This document shows, piece by piece, positions 41,553 to 54,919 of a stretch of DNA of 64,000 nt (within the stretch, counting starts at the first letter, position 1; every line of letters begins with the position of its first letter). Origin of the DNA: Eledone cirrhosa (taxonomy: Eukaryota); contig OZ024760.1 of NCBI GenBank assembly GCA_964016885.1, forward strand, positions 15,562,001 to 15,626,000. The letters are read 5' to 3'. A program made the translations under genes and the position numbers. The notes under the pieces are model-generated. The model searched no databases. It was not told where the DNA came from and saw nothing but the letters and a program-made list of their open reading frames with translations.

Positions 41553-41608
<56 letters not shown>

Positions 41609-43199
41609 CTAGATATATACATATATACATACATACATACAGATATATACATAAATATATAGATAGATACATACATACATATATACATACATATATATAC
41701 AAACATACATATATACAAACATACATATATACAAACATACATAATACACAAACATACATTTATATATACATATACACACACATATATACAAACATACATA
41801 CATATATACATACATTTATACATACATATATACACATTTATACATATATCTATACGCATTTATACATATATCTATACATACATCTATATTAACATCTATA
41901 CATACATCTATACACACACACACACACACTCTCTATCTCTCTCATCTAAATATTTGTGTATTTCCGTGGGACAGTTTGAGCCGAAAGTGTTTATCTAACG
42001 TATTTTTCTATGTATTGTCACGCACAGCTTATATACACAAAAGCAAACACGTACACACAAAACATGAAGCTTGTCTGTTTGTCTGTGTTGGACCTCCGTC
42101 GGTTCCGACGGTGAGTGTTCCAGTTTTGCAAACTGCTTCTTCTAAACACCTATCAAGATATACAGATATATGCAGAATCTTTTTAATACACAATGAACAG
42201 GTATTGGTTGTTGAAAGTAATTTGGAATTAAAGTCAACATTTCAAATCCATCAATGAAGATATGAGTAACTCCATCATCAGTAGAGCCCACCATGAAAAT
42301 GCGATAATAACAATTCTACTAACATTTTCATGGAGATGTTATACACTTTCTAGAAAACGAAACCAAAAGTTTTCCGTTTTTTATATACAAATTTAAACAC
42401 CTCTGCCAAGGTGAGAGTCTTGCACCCTCTAAAGTTTCTACCTTGGGTAATAGAATGAATTTTATAGATAATGAACACAACCACAAGGATATGGTCCGAA
42501 CGTGGAAGAGCCGAACCCCCTCTGTCAACGCCTCCATTTCTCTCGCCCTCCCCATCTCTCATGTACACTAGGTCCGAACACCGATGAGCTGAACCCCCTC
42601 TGTCATCGCCTCCATCTCTCTCGCCTTCCCCATTTCTCTGTATGGGTAGCAAATGGGGTCCCCCTCAGCCCCGGCGGACAGAATGGAGGATGGTAAGGGA
42701 GTTGTATTCGAGGGTAGGCTGAAAAGGTCATCGGTTGCTGATGCAAAAGAATCACTGACAGTGGGGGTCACAGATGAGATACCTGCCTCTTACCCAGGGA
42801 CAAATGGCAAAGCTGTCTAGTCCAGTCCGCGAAGCTTTCTCAAGGTCTCGCCTAAGTCACCCAAGTGAAATCTTTCTCATTTTTTTTATCCCAACTTTTC
42901 AGTCGTAATTTCTCTTTCTATTATTTTTACGATCGAGGAAAACAACGTGTAAAATTTCTGAAAAAAAAACAAATCAAAACAACCTGAGTTACTGCCCTTT
43001 TTTAATGTGGGTACGAATGTAAATTAGTGCTTGCGGCCCGCCTGATGATGAGTTATATCTCATGCGACCTACTTCTCCAAAAACGTTGCCTATGTCTGGT
43101 CTAGTCTCTTCCCATCACTTCTGGATAATCCAGCCGGCTCAAGAACTGAGTTAGGACCCATTTAATGATCAGGTTTAGCTCGATGACTATCGATTTTTT

Positions 43200-44570
43200 G
43201 TGCCTCTTCTTTTTCTGATCTTACATTTCTATTTCATTTTGTCATTATGCCGTTATTTCGTTGTGGTACATCTTTATTTTTTGTTTTGTTTTGTTTTGTT
43301 TTTTCGTGTTTGTGCATACGTGTGTGTGTGTGTGTGCGTTTTCGTGTTTGTCATGTCTATATGTGCTTTAAGTGTGTTTGGGCTTTTATCGTTACCTATT
43401 TTGCTGTTTGTGTCTTTTTTTCCTTTTCTCTCTCTTTTCTTATTCTGTCTTCAGTCGTTAAGTTGTTGGCCGTTACTATTCCACTCGTGTTTTCTATTTA
43501 GGTTGATTCTAATTTCTATCGTGTGTGTAGCTTCATTTGTTGGCCGTTACTATTCCACTCGTGTTTTCTATTTAGGCTGGGTCTAATTTCTATTATGTGC
43601 GTAGCTTCATTTGTTGTCCGTTACTATACCACTCGTGTTTTCTGTTTAAGCTGGGTCTAATTTCTATTATGTGCGTAGCTTCATTTGTTGTCCGTTACTA
43701 TACCACTCGTGTTTTCTGTTTAAGCTAGGTTTATTTTCTGTTATGTGTGTAGCTTCATTTGTTGGCCGTTACTATTCCACTCGTGTTTTCTGTTTAGGCT
43801 AGGTTTATTTTCTGTTATGTGCGTAGCTTCAGTAATTTGTCTGAGTTTTGCATCAGTTCTATGTGTGGCTAGGATCTTTATTTCTATGTTATCTATTGAG
43901 CCCCCGTGTTCTAGTTTAACATGTTGGTATAACACTGATGGGCTTCTCTCCTCCTTAAGTTCTCACCAGTGTTCCTTCAATCTCTCTCCTAAACTACGGA
44001 CTATTTCTCCTATGTGTGTCGTTGTCTTGTTTTTGCATCATCCCTCTGTACATCTTATCCTATAGACTACATTTCTAGGTTTGCAGTTTATCTGTGGGCT
44101 TTTCATACAGACTACACAGTTTCTATCAGTTTTTCGTAAAGGAGTATGTCCTACTGATCCGGGATTTTATGGTAGCTCCTGGTTTTTCTATTACTTTAAT
44201 TCTAAGGTTCGATTTATCTAAAGTTCTTTTAAATCAATACGCTAGTTCGCCTCTATGGATAGCATCGATGAATATGACACTATCGTATTTTTGGCTGTCA
44301 TGCCAAGAGTTGACCTTACCTATCTTTTCTTGGTCCTTTCTATGCTATTCCATGATTTGCTCCTGTATAGTGAGCAAATCTCCTTTGTATCATTCTCTTT
44401 AATGGTTCTGAATTTAGCCATGGCTCCTTTGTATACCCTGGTCTTGTCTCTTTGTTTATAACCAGAGAACTGCATGCGGTGGATGAAGTGTTGTAGGTGT
44501 CTTTAAGTCTGTTGGATCGCACACTCCGGACACATTTCTCATCTCCCTTACCTGGTCTGCAATCAAGATA
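43200..44570 (-). mobile_element. Decayed Penelope-like element (Cys-rich linker plus GIY-YIG endonuclease, possibly Naiad-type)
   Basis: NCVVC...NCKPRNVVYRIRC...HIGEIVRSLGERLKEH...LRQITEATHITENKPSLNRKHEWN, with stops; boundaries approximate. Confidence 0.85.
43460..43830. repeat. 74-bp tandem repeat x5 of the Penelope-like ORF end
   Basis: CCGTTACTA at 43470, 43544, 43618, 43692, 43766. Confidence 0.9.
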
Positions 44571-45028
44571 TTGAACTTAGTCAACCGGAACTATATCAAA
44601 TAGTACTAAGTACTTGGAGGCTATGGGTTTGCTATAAGGTTCACACAAAAAAAGAAAAGGTTAACTAATGAAAAGAGAAAAACGGGGAAGCGACAGACTC
44701 TACACCCAAGCCTAGGTGGTAGTCACAGCAAGGTATCGTGGACAAGAAAGTGACAGCATTACCACGACAAACCAACGATACGCACTGCATTAGTTACTCC
44801 ACATCACATGGGTCTTTCCTCAGGCGGGATATATTCCTGTCGATTTTTACGGAGGAAAACATCAGTTTAGGACTGAAACTGAGAATAATGGAGGTAGAGA
44901 TCTCGATGGCGACCGTAATGAAAAGGAAGCAAGCTGTTAGGCAACAAATTTTGAAGGGAAATAACTCTATAAATTTTTTTTTTTAGTACATAAGTATGTA
45001 AGAAAGATAACTCTGTTGATTTTTAATT

Positions 45029-45212
45029 ACCGTATCTTCTGGCGTCGTAGACGCTACCTTTTTCCTAAAATAAGTCTTAACAATCTACCATGCGTCCTGG
45101 AGGCCGAAGGTTGTTTATTATTTTTTTTTTTTTAATTTTTGGTTGTCAAAATCGATTAAAAAAGCCAGGTGAGTCCTCGGAACGAAACGGCTTCGACGCC
45201 GGGTAATACAGT
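45029..45212. mobile_element. Tc1/pogo-type MITE
   Basis: TACCGTATCTTCTGGCGTCG...CGACGCCGGGTAATACAGTA TIRs with TA ends. Confidence 0.6.
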
Positions 45213-46081
45213 AAATTTTACTGCGATACACTTGGGTCTCGAATATTGTACCTTCCCCACCCCTTTTATTGATTTTTTCAAATTTTTTCCAACCCTTCAT
45301 CCACGCTTATTAACCCTTTAGCATTTACATTACTCTATAAATACTATTGTATTTTTGTATAATTATCAGATAATTTCGAATCTATGAGATTTTGATGTTA
45401 TTTATTTTGAGAACAATAATGTTAGTATGAGCGGCCATTTTGAACAGAAAGATGTGAGAGAATTCTAGCCGGATACAACCGGATACAACCGATTTAAATG
45501 CTAAAGAGTTAAATTTTGCTGATCTATTTACTTTTTTTATTTTAAATCAATGGAGACAACCTAAAAAAAATTACTAATTTTACTAAACCCCCCTCCCCTA
45601 TTATTTGGGACACGAGAGTATGTGAAACACCCGTAAAAGAAAGAAAAGAAAACAAGAAAAGCTCTTCATAAGAATTTATACAATATTTTATTTATATTTT
45701 TCATTTTCACAGAAATTTTGGTTTATTTCTGTTTGAAATACTTAACTACATTATTGAGAATGTCCCAACAACAACAAAAAAAAAAAAGGAATATTTACAA
45801 ATTTCATAATTGCTTCTACTTTTGGCACAAGGCCAGCAATTATTTCAGTTCATTACTGGTACCTTATTTTATCAACCCCCAATAATTTTCATTTTGTTTT
45901 TAGTTTCTATTTAATGTTTTTTTATTTTTTTATTTTATTGTTTGAGTTTATTTTTCTAATTTATATATATTTTAATGAGTTTTTTTTTGTGGTTTTATTT
46001 ATTATTAGCTTTTTTTAGTTTATTTAAAATGTTTGAAAAAAAAAAAAGAAGACCACCTAACTATAACGATAGAAAACATTA

Positions 46082-46308
46082 TTAACCCTTTAGCATTTAA
46101 ACTGGCCATATCCGGCCAGAATTCTCTCAACTCTTTCTGGTCGAACAGCCATAACCGGCTGCTTATACTTATGTTAAGGTATTATTCTCAAAATGAATAA
46201 TATCAAAATCTCGTAGATTTGATATTATGTGAGATAATTATGTGAAATAAAGTGTTTACTGTGAAAATACAATCATAAATATAGAGTAAAGTAAATGCTA
46301 AAGGGTTA
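46082..46308. mobile_element. piggyBac-like TTAA MITE, about 225 bp (also ~706-931, 5063-5289, 12599-13086 tandem, 45310-45512, 48379-48580, 51640-51860, 61426-61800, 63676-64000)
   Basis: TTAA-CCCTTTAGCATTTA...TAAATGCTAAAGGG-TTAA TIRs; at least 10 similar copies. Confidence 0.85.
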
Positions 46309-46768
46309 AATTTCTTTCATGGAGGATATGATTAGATAATACAGAAACACATTATAAACACTTGCATGTGGTTTGTGTTACATGTGTATATACAAGTGTT
46401 TAGTGTTATATATATATACATATGTATGTATGTATATATATGTATGTATACATATCATCATCATCATTGTTTAACGTCCATCTTCCACGCTAGCATGGGT
46501 CTGGACGGGTCTAAATGTATATATATATTGTGTGCATATGTATGTAAATGTATATATATGTAAATGTATATGCATGTACACACACACAAACATATATATA
46601 TCTATATCTGTGTGTACATATGTGTATGTATGTATGTATATATATATATATGTGTGTGTGTCCATCCTGGGTTCAATCAGGAGTAACCACAGTTAGTAAG
46701 GTACTCAATACATTAGTAGAGTATAAACATCATGTTTAATAAAAAAAATTAAAAAAATTAAAAAAAAA

Positions 46769-46818
46769 GCTTCTACAGGACTAGAACTGTTTCATTCAAA
46801 AGAAATCATCAGAAAAGC
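46769..46818 (-). ncRNA. Hammerhead motif, family X; degenerate inverted copy at 46822-46870
   Basis: GCUUUU-CUGAUGA-UUUCUUUUGAAU-GAAACAGUUCUAGUCCUGUA/GAAGC. Confidence 0.65.
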
Positions 46819-47528
46819 CCTGCTTTCCTGATGATTCTTTTGAATGAAGCAGTTATAGTCCTGTAAAGCCATTTTTATATTAAACATGTTTTATATTAAA
46901 CATTTTTATATTAAACATGTTGGAGACGCAGGACATGGCAGCGATAATGAGGGACAGAGACCGCTGGAGAGAACTCGTCCATGGATCTCAGGAATTTTAC
47001 TCGCCTTAGATAGATAGATAGATATGTGTGTGTGTGTGACAGCTCACACCTATGTAGGTTTAGCTGGCCTCCTCCAAGGTATATCTCGTTGGAGGTGTCT
47101 TGAGTGATTTTAATGATAGGGATCCCAGTCCTATCATTTCTACAGTTGAGTAAACTGGAGCAACGTGAAATAAAGTGTCTTGCTCAAGGAAATAACACAT
47201 CACCCGGTCCAAGAATTGAACTCACAGCCTTTCGATGGCAAGCTCAATGCTCTAAGCCATGCGCCTTCACTATATATATATTTATATATATATGCACTAA
47301 TAGCAGTAGGTAGCTATTACAAAATCTAAAATGAAGGGAGAGCTCTGTATTAAAGTTAGTTAAGTTTAGTGAACATATATCATCACATTTTACTTTCAGT
47401 GTATGAGATTGAAGATCTAACATGAAATAAATTAAATAGACACATATATATAGAGAGAGAGAGAGAGACACAGACACACACATATATATATATACACACA
47501 CACACACATCTTTATATGTATACACATT

Positions 47529-47573
<45 letters not shown>

Positions 47574-47624
47574 ACACACACATCTTTATATATATACACA
47601 CACATCTTTATATGTATACACATT

Positions 47625-47662
<38 letters not shown>

Positions 47663-47716
47663 TATGTATACATATATATATATATATATACACACATCTT
47701 TATATGTATACACATT

Positions 47717-47764
<48 letters not shown>

Positions 47765-47936
47765 TATGTATACATATTATATAATATATATAATATATAT
47801 ATGTATGTGTTTGTCCACAAATAAATACACAAATACACATTTATTTATGTGCATGTATAAGCAATATTTGTAGATAGACATGCATATACATACACACACA
47901 TATACATATGTATACAAATTGGAAGTGCAAGCAGTG

Positions 47937-48246
47937 CTATGAGCGTCGGTCAAAGTAATGGCTTGCAGCAGCTCTCCAGAGCGATGCCACTGATGCAGCA
48001 GCAGTGGACATGATGCTTCCTGCAGTCGTTTGGGGTTCCATCGGTGTCGACGTCGCAATGTTAGGGATGTAGGAAGCCACCTGACCGGTGCGGTCAACTT
48101 CCGGTATCTCGTAATAGACGCGTTCCCAGTCAAAGTTTGAGTCAGTCTCGTCAATGACTGAGTCACGGTCTTCTTCGCTGTCATCGGACAAACTGATTTT
48201 CTCGATGGACTGGTTGATGTCGGCCTGAGCTTCGAATGGACTCTCA
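47937..48246 (-). CDS. ATG14: ATG14 last coding exon (acidic stretch, DWE motif, C-terminal amphipathic STAAASVASLWR, BATS-like)
   Basis: ctcag acceptor, phase 2; stop at 47937; resembles the metazoan ATG14 C-terminus. Confidence 0.9.
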
Positions 48247-48314
48247 CTGAGGAAGAGAAAGGTTGTTTAAAGAGGGTGGGAAATAAAAAAAATTAAAGAA
48301 AGATTAGAGAAAAT

Positions 48315-48670
48315 TTAACCCTTTTGATACCAACCTGCCCAAAACTGACTCCGGTTCTATGAAACAAAATCACCCATTTTAACCCTTTAGCATTTAAACT
48401 GGCCTTATCCAGCCAGAATTCTCTCACCTCTTTCTGTTCAAACCGGCCGTAACCAGCTGCTCATACTGACGTTAAGGTATTGTTCTCAAAATAAATATCA
48501 AAATCTCATAGATTCGGTATTATGTAAGGTAAAGCCTTTACCATGAAAATACAATAGTATATATAGAGTAATGTAAATATAAAACTGTTGGAAGATTTTA
48601 ATCTAAATTGGGTGGTTTTATTTCATAGAACCAGAGCTGGTTTTGACAGGGTTGGTAACTGAACGGTTAA
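48315..48670. mobile_element. Second TTAA MITE family with the first family nested in an internal TTAA
   Basis: TTAACCCTTTTGATACCAACCTG...CAGGGTTGGTAACTGAACGGTTAA with long subterminal inverted repeats. Confidence 0.65.
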
Positions 48671-48808
48671 AATCACATTTTATACTAAAGCTTTGCAGAA
48701 CCCATGATGGACTTCATACTCATTATGGGGTCATACAGACTTGACACATACACACACCACAACACACAAAGGTACATATACACATAGGTACACACACCAC
48801 AATGCATA

Positions 48809-49010
48809 CACAAGGGGTGCTGAAAAGTTCTTGGTTTAAGCGCTGCTTTAGAGGCCTGGTTGGAGACCCAACATTCCGAGTTCTTTTTACAGGGCTTAGA
48901 AAAACTGAAGGACCGCTACAATAAGTGTGTGAATCTGAGAGGGGAATATGTTGAATAAAATCATAATTTTCTTCTACCCAAAGCTAAGAACTTTTCAGCA
49001 CCCCCTCTTG
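48809..49010 (+). mobile_element. Mariner deletion derivative
   Basis: TIR AGGGGTGCTGAAAAGTTCTT; retains the transposase end GLEKLKDRYNKCVNLRGEYVE*. Confidence 0.8.
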
Positions 49011-49384
49011 GGTACATATATATGCATAGGTACACACACCTCACATACACACACAACAAAACATTACACACTGAACACCACACACACATAACACACCACA
49101 ACACACACAACACCACACACAACACCACAACACCACAACACACACACACCACACACACACCACAACACACACCACAACACACACACACCACAACACACAC
49201 CACAACACACACACACACACACCACAACACAACACAATACACACCACACACACACACAACACACCACACACACCACACAACACAATACACACCACACACA
49301 CACACACACCACACACACAACACACCACACACACACACACCACAACACAATACACACCACACACCACAACACAGCAATACTCAC

Positions 49385-49555
49385 CTGCCAAGACGCGGAG
49401 AGTTAAGCAGTAGTAGAATATTTTGCAGGTGTAACATAGGTGTGATTGCTTCAGGTGGGACTCCCTGCGACTGACACAGGTGGACAATATTTTGATTTAG
49501 TCGACCCACGGCACTGTTGAATTGTTTCTTGGACATATCACCACGACAGAAATCA
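49385..49555 (-). CDS. ATG14: ATG14 exon ([30 protein letters not shown]...LGS)
   Basis: ttcag/gtgag; 171 bp, phase 2-2; matches the ATG14 F..AV..LN.NI..LC.SQ motif. Confidence 0.92.
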
Positions 49556-49579
49556 CTGAAACAGGGGACACACCATCAG

Positions 49580-50845
49580 ATAAATGAATGGATGGATAGA
49601 CAGATGTACAGATGGATGGACAGACAGATGGATGGGCAGATGTACAGATGGATGGGCAGATGTACAGATGGATGGACAGACAGATGGATGGATGGATGGA
49701 TAGATAGACATACAGATGGATGGATAGACATACAGATGGATGGGCAGATGTACAGATGGATGGGCAGATGTACAGATGGATGGACAGACAGATGGATGGA
49801 TAGATAGATAGACAGATGGATGGATAGACATACAGATGGATGGGCAGATGTACAGATGGATGGACAGACAGATGGATGGATGGATGGACAGACAGATGGA
49901 TGGATGGATAGATAGACAGATGGATGGATAGACATACAGATGGATGGGCAGATGTACAGATGGATGGGCAGATGTACAGATGGATGGATAGATAGATAGA
50001 TAGACAGATGGATGGATAGACATACAGATGGATGGGCAGATGTACAGATGGATGGGCAGATGTACAGATGGATGGACAGACAGATGGATGGATGGATGGA
50101 CAGACAGATGGATGGATGGATGGATAGATAGACAGATGGATGGATAGACATACAGATGGATGGGCAGATGTACAGATGGATGGGCAGATGTACAGATGGA
50201 TGGACAGATGTACAGATGGATGGACAGACAGATGGATAGATAGATAGACAGATGGATGGATAGACATACAGATGGATGGGCAGATGTACAGATGGATGGG
50301 CAGATGTACAGATGGATGGACAGACAGATGGATGGATGGATAGACATACAGATGGATGGGCAGATGTACAGATGGATGGACAGACAGATGGATGGATAGA
50401 TAGATAGACAGATGGATGGATAGACATACAGATGGATGGGCAGATGTACAGATGGATGGGCAGATGTACAGATGGATGGACAGACAGATGGATGGATGGA
50501 TGGACAGACAGATGGATGGATAGATAGATAGATAGACAGATGGATGGATAGACATACAGATGGATGGGCAGATGTACAGATGGATGGATGGATAGACATA
50601 CAGATGGATGGATATGGATAGATAGACAGACAGATGGACAGACAAACAGATGGACAGACATACAGATGGATGGAGAGACATACAGATAGAGATAGATAGA
50701 TATACAGATAGAGATAGATAGACATACAGATAGAGATAGATAGACACAGACATAAATGGAAGGATGCGCAGATAGATTAGATAGATAGATAAATAAATGG
50801 AAGGATGGATGGATGGTTAGACAGGTAGGTAGATAGATAGACAGA
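49580..50845. repeat. Compound GATG/GATA/GACA tetranucleotide repeat
   Basis: Direct inspection. Confidence 0.9.
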
Positions 50846-50954
50846 CAACAACCACAACCACAACAACAATGGCAAACATCTCCACATCATTATCAAAAAC
50901 AATATCAACCACAACTACTACAACAACCACAACAGAAAAAGCAGATATACTCAC

Positions 50955-51105
50955 ATGTAAGACTGTCGCCGTGGTAACGTAACATCCAGTATGTAACTAA
51001 GAACACTGACTAGTTGTGTGGTGTAACAGAGGGCAGCACTGATGGTGTGGGCTGGGTTACAGTGACTTGGTTCTGTATCTGGAATAACTTCTGACTTGGC
51101 CTCAA
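50955..51105 (-). CDS. ATG14: ATG14 exon (VEAKSEV...NPAHTISAALCYTTQLVSVLSYILDVTLPRR)
   Basis: ttcag/gtgag; 151 bp, phase 1-2; NPA.TISAALCY.TQLV is characteristic of ATG14. Confidence 0.95.
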
Positions 51106-51402
51106 CTGAACAGAAAGACAACCAAAGGAAGATGTGAGTGTGTTTTACTATATATTTCTGGCAATATTATAACACGACTCTGCCCAAATATAACAGGATC
51201 ATGTCTCATTAATGAAGAATTCTGAGGGATTTAGTGAAGTTATTTCATTACTAAGATAATAACTTAATATATGTTTGATTCTTTCATGTCCATATTTCTA
51301 ACAAAATACACTATTTTGAGGGAGTTACTGAAATTATTATCTTATTACTAGTGGTTAGGGTGTTGGACTTACGATCATAATGTTGTACTTTAGACTTCAG
51401 AA

Positions 51403-51548
51403 CAGTCATGGGCAGCCTACAGGCCACATCCGGTTTTCTGAATGGCATGCTTAATTTCTAAATTGACTTGAATTTTTTAGTAGTGCAGTCCAGCTTATGG
51501 TGGCCACATTATATGTAAGCCACTGCTCGAAAAAGGTTGGCCACGCTG
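51403..51548. mobile_element. hAT-like MITE
   Basis: CAGTCATGGGCAGCC...AAAGGTTGGCCACGCTG imperfect TIRs. Confidence 0.55.
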
Positions 51549-51892
51549 TTCTAGAAGATAGTAACTTAACATAGGATTCTTAACACTTTCATGTCTTTAT
51601 TTCTAATGAAATACATTGTCTATGTCATCACCATCATCATTAACGCTTTAGCATTTAAACTGGCCATATCCGGCCAGAATTCTCTCACCTTTTTCTGTTC
51701 AAACCAGTCATAATTAGTTACTCATACTGATGTTAAAGTATTGTTGTCAAAATAAATAACATCAAAATCTCATAGATTCAATATTATGCAAGATAATTAT
51801 GTGAAGTAAAACCTTTACCATGACAATATATAGAGAGTAATGTAAATGCTAAAGGGTTAAAACAGAAAACAAGAGAGAGAAAGGGTTCTTAC

Positions 51893-52059
51893 CTGCCATG
51901 TGATATATTGAGAAATCTCCATTTGCTGGTAATGTGGGGCTGACTATCTGGTATTGATTGTCTCCAGTTTTGTCCCCGTAAACCCAAAATCCCTTCATGT
52001 AAGCAGTCTGGCAGGCATCTTTTAAGGCACTCTCTGTACTTAGGTCCATTGCTGAATCA
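51893..52059 (-). CDS. ATG14: ATG14 exon (SDSAMDL...ACQTAYMKGFWV...PTLPANGDFSIY)
   Basis: cacag/gtaag; 167 bp, phase 2-1; A..T.Y..G.WV and LP.NGD.S.Y motifs. Confidence 0.93.
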
Positions 52060-52571
52060 CTGTGCCCGATGTGAGACAAACCACAACAATAGATTGGAGA
52101 GAAAGAAAATGCATTAAATATTTTGAGCAACAAAAAAAAGCAAAAGAGTTGATCCTCAGATCAGATCAAGGAAACAATGTTTCCATTGGTCTTTTTATTT
52201 CTGATATTATCTGTAGATTGTCAGATCAGACCAAGGAAACAATGTTTCCACTGGTTTTTCCATTACTGATACTATCTGTAGATTGTCAGATCAGACCAAG
52301 GAAACAATGTTTGCACTGGTCTTTCCATTGATGATATTATCTGAAGATGGGTGGTGCATTTTATTGTGGCACCAGCACTACCACCTTATAAAGTGTACTG
52401 GCTGATGTATTTTATTGTGACACCAGCACAAGGAAGGTTGTCGGTCATTGACTCAACTGAAGGGCCCTGACTACATGCTCTCCTAGAAGGGCAGCTATAG
52501 TTAGGGAGTGAGAGTAGAGGTAAGAAAGGTGGAAAACAGTACAAACAACAGACACAAAGAAAAAAATGTAC

Positions 52572-52809
52572 CTGTTTGGTTTAATTTCAGAGATGGGGAA
52601 AATATAGTTGACTAAGATGTTAGCTTGGGATTGTCTCTCCTTCACAAGTTTTTCCAGGTCTTTCTTCAATATCACATTCTGTTCCTTAATCTTGTTTTTA
52701 ATGTTATCACAGAGCTTCAGGATGCGCAGTTTCTTTTCGCGATGCACTTTGGCACGTTCGGTGCGCATTCGGTTTAACCGTTTGTTTTCGGAAAGTTTTT
52801 GCACATCTA
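52572..52809 (-). CDS. ATG14: ATG14 coiled-coil exon (DVQKLSENKRL...LVNYIFPISEIKPN)
   Basis: Tandem cag/tag acceptor, gtacat donor; phase 1-2; coiled coil followed by IFPI. Confidence 0.9.
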
Positions 52810-53784
52810 CTGACGAGAGAGGGAGATTGGTGAAAATACAGTGACATTTATTAATAGAGAAGGCCCGACTTCCCACGGGTACAAGCTGAAGCTGAATCAT
52901 ATAGACAATATGCCCCTATCCCCTCCCACTGTAAAGTGGTTATGTAGGTGCCACGGTAAAAAAAGCACCCAGCACTCACTGTAAATGAGGTTAGTGTTAG
53001 GAAGGGCATCCAGCTGTAGAAATCAAGCCAAAATCAGTTCCCGTATGAGCAAGACAAGGTCACCCAACCTGGCACTGCCCACAACAGAACAACCCGTCTA
53101 ACCCATGCTAGCATGGAAGAATGGATGCAAAACGATGATGATGATTTAGAGGAAATGTATATATATATACTAGCCTTGCTGTGTTTCACGCATTTTTTTT
53201 GTAAGAAAATGATGATTGATTTTAAATCAGTGATATAATTTATATATATTATGGAGAAAAACTCCATTAGGGTGTCTTAATATTATTGAAATTTGCTAGC
53301 CAGGACTATAGCAGAAGATACTTCTCAAAGTGTTACACAGTGAAACTAAACTAAAAACCATGTGGATGTGAAGTAAATTTCTTAACCACACATAACTATA
53401 GCTGCCCCTATAGCCATGCCAGTACCTATAGCTTTGTCAGACCCTATAGCCATGCCAGTACCTATAGCCCTATCTTCTACTAAAGTAATGCCTGTGCCTA
53501 TAACTCTCCCTGCCCCTATAACCATGCCAGTACCTATAAGTCTGTCAGACCCTATAGCCATACCAGTACCTATAGCTCTATCTACTCCTATAGTAATGCC
53601 AGTACATATAGCTCTATATGCCCCTATAGCCATGCAAGTACCTATAGCTATTTCTACTCAAATAGCAATGTCTTCCCCAATACACATACCAGGTTGTACA
53701 GCCACACCTATCTACCCCTATACTCCTATTCCCATGCCTTATAACAACACAATAATAGATAAACCACAAAAATCAAGAACTGAC

Positions 53785-53866
53785 CTTTCTCCAATCCTTC
53801 TTTCTCTGCTGCCAATATGAGTTTCAAAAGCCGGATTTTCTCCTTTAAATGTTCCAACTCCCATTT
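53785..53866 (-). CDS. ATG14: ATG14 exon (KWELEHLKEKIRLLKLILAAEKEGLEK)
   Basis: ttctag/gtcag; 82 bp, phase 0-1; bridges the neighbouring exons in frame. Confidence 0.85.
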
Positions 53867-53944
53867 CTAGAAATACCATACAAATATATATAATAGTACT
53901 AGAATTTTTTTTCCATATGCTGACACATATGTGTATATGTGTGT

Positions 53945-54545
53945 GCATTACCAAACTTAGACCAATTACATCAATTGTCAAGTCAAGAGTACTCAAACTA
54001 TCATCAAACAACAATGGAATGGTTGCTGCGCAATATCACATAGCTCTATGTTGGGCAGCTTTCAACAAGGACAAGAAAGAATCTAACATCAAAACGATTT
54101 TCCAATCATTTGAAGGCTAAGATCTTTGATACTTACATCCTACCAGTTGTGTTATATGGTCTTGACTGTGTTAATTGGACGACAAGGTCACTTCAGAAGC
54201 TCTCTACATCCCAGAACCACACCATGAGACTTATGACTGGCAAGCGGCTCGGTGACCGTATCTGTATCAGTCAGGTGCTCAACATTACCAAACTTAGACC
54301 AATTACATCAATTGTCAAGTCAAGAGTACTCAAACTATACGGCCATATAAAAAGATCAACTCGTGGTGTGAGTAGGTTATATCTGGAAGGAAGGTTGGCT
54401 GGTAGGAGAAGCAGAGGCCGGCAGCCAAAACGATGGCTTGATAATGTCAACTGATGGACTGGACTTGATCTATGCTCTTTGAACTCTGCTGCTGGTGATC
54501 GAACTTTGTGGGAGAGATATCACATGTTGATGTGCATTCTGCAAC
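53945..54545 (+). mobile_element. RTE-type LINE 3' fragment
   Basis: KIFDTYILPVVLYG...SRVLKLYGHIKR...EGRLAGRRSRGRQPKRWLDNV; 55-bp internal segment duplicated upstream. Confidence 0.8.
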
Positions 54546-54919
54546 TGGCGGGGTTTAGCATCAGAAAGAAGTGTGCGTGTGTGTATGTCCATATGCATAC
54601 ATTTATATGTATGAATATATCAAATGAAAAAAAAAAACGGAGTTAAAAACTTGCGTTAATCCGTGTAATTTAATGAGGTCAAGGTATAAGTACCAGGCTC
54701 TTCATAATTATTTCTACTATTGGCACAAGGCCAGCAATTACCCAGTACATTACTGGTACTTTATTTTATCGACCCCGGCTCTTCATAATACAGTGTATAG
54801 AGAAGAAAATACAAAAGGGTATGTTTCACTCTAGTGGTTCTCTACCCCTTGTAATTGAAAACATACTCTTTTGTGTTTTCTTCTCTATATACTGTATTAT
54901 GTAGGAGTATATAAATATA

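Noticed and set aside
43042-43100. CTGATGA followed by a small hairpin
   Set aside because: No GAAA/stem III/stem I; lies in a hAT-like MITE end
43960-44045. In-frame TGA codons in the Penelope-like endonuclease as selenocysteine (reported for some Naiad elements)
   Set aside because: They are not at conserved Cys positions; the homologous copy at 40067 has CGA at one of them, consistent with CpG decay; other inactivating changes are present
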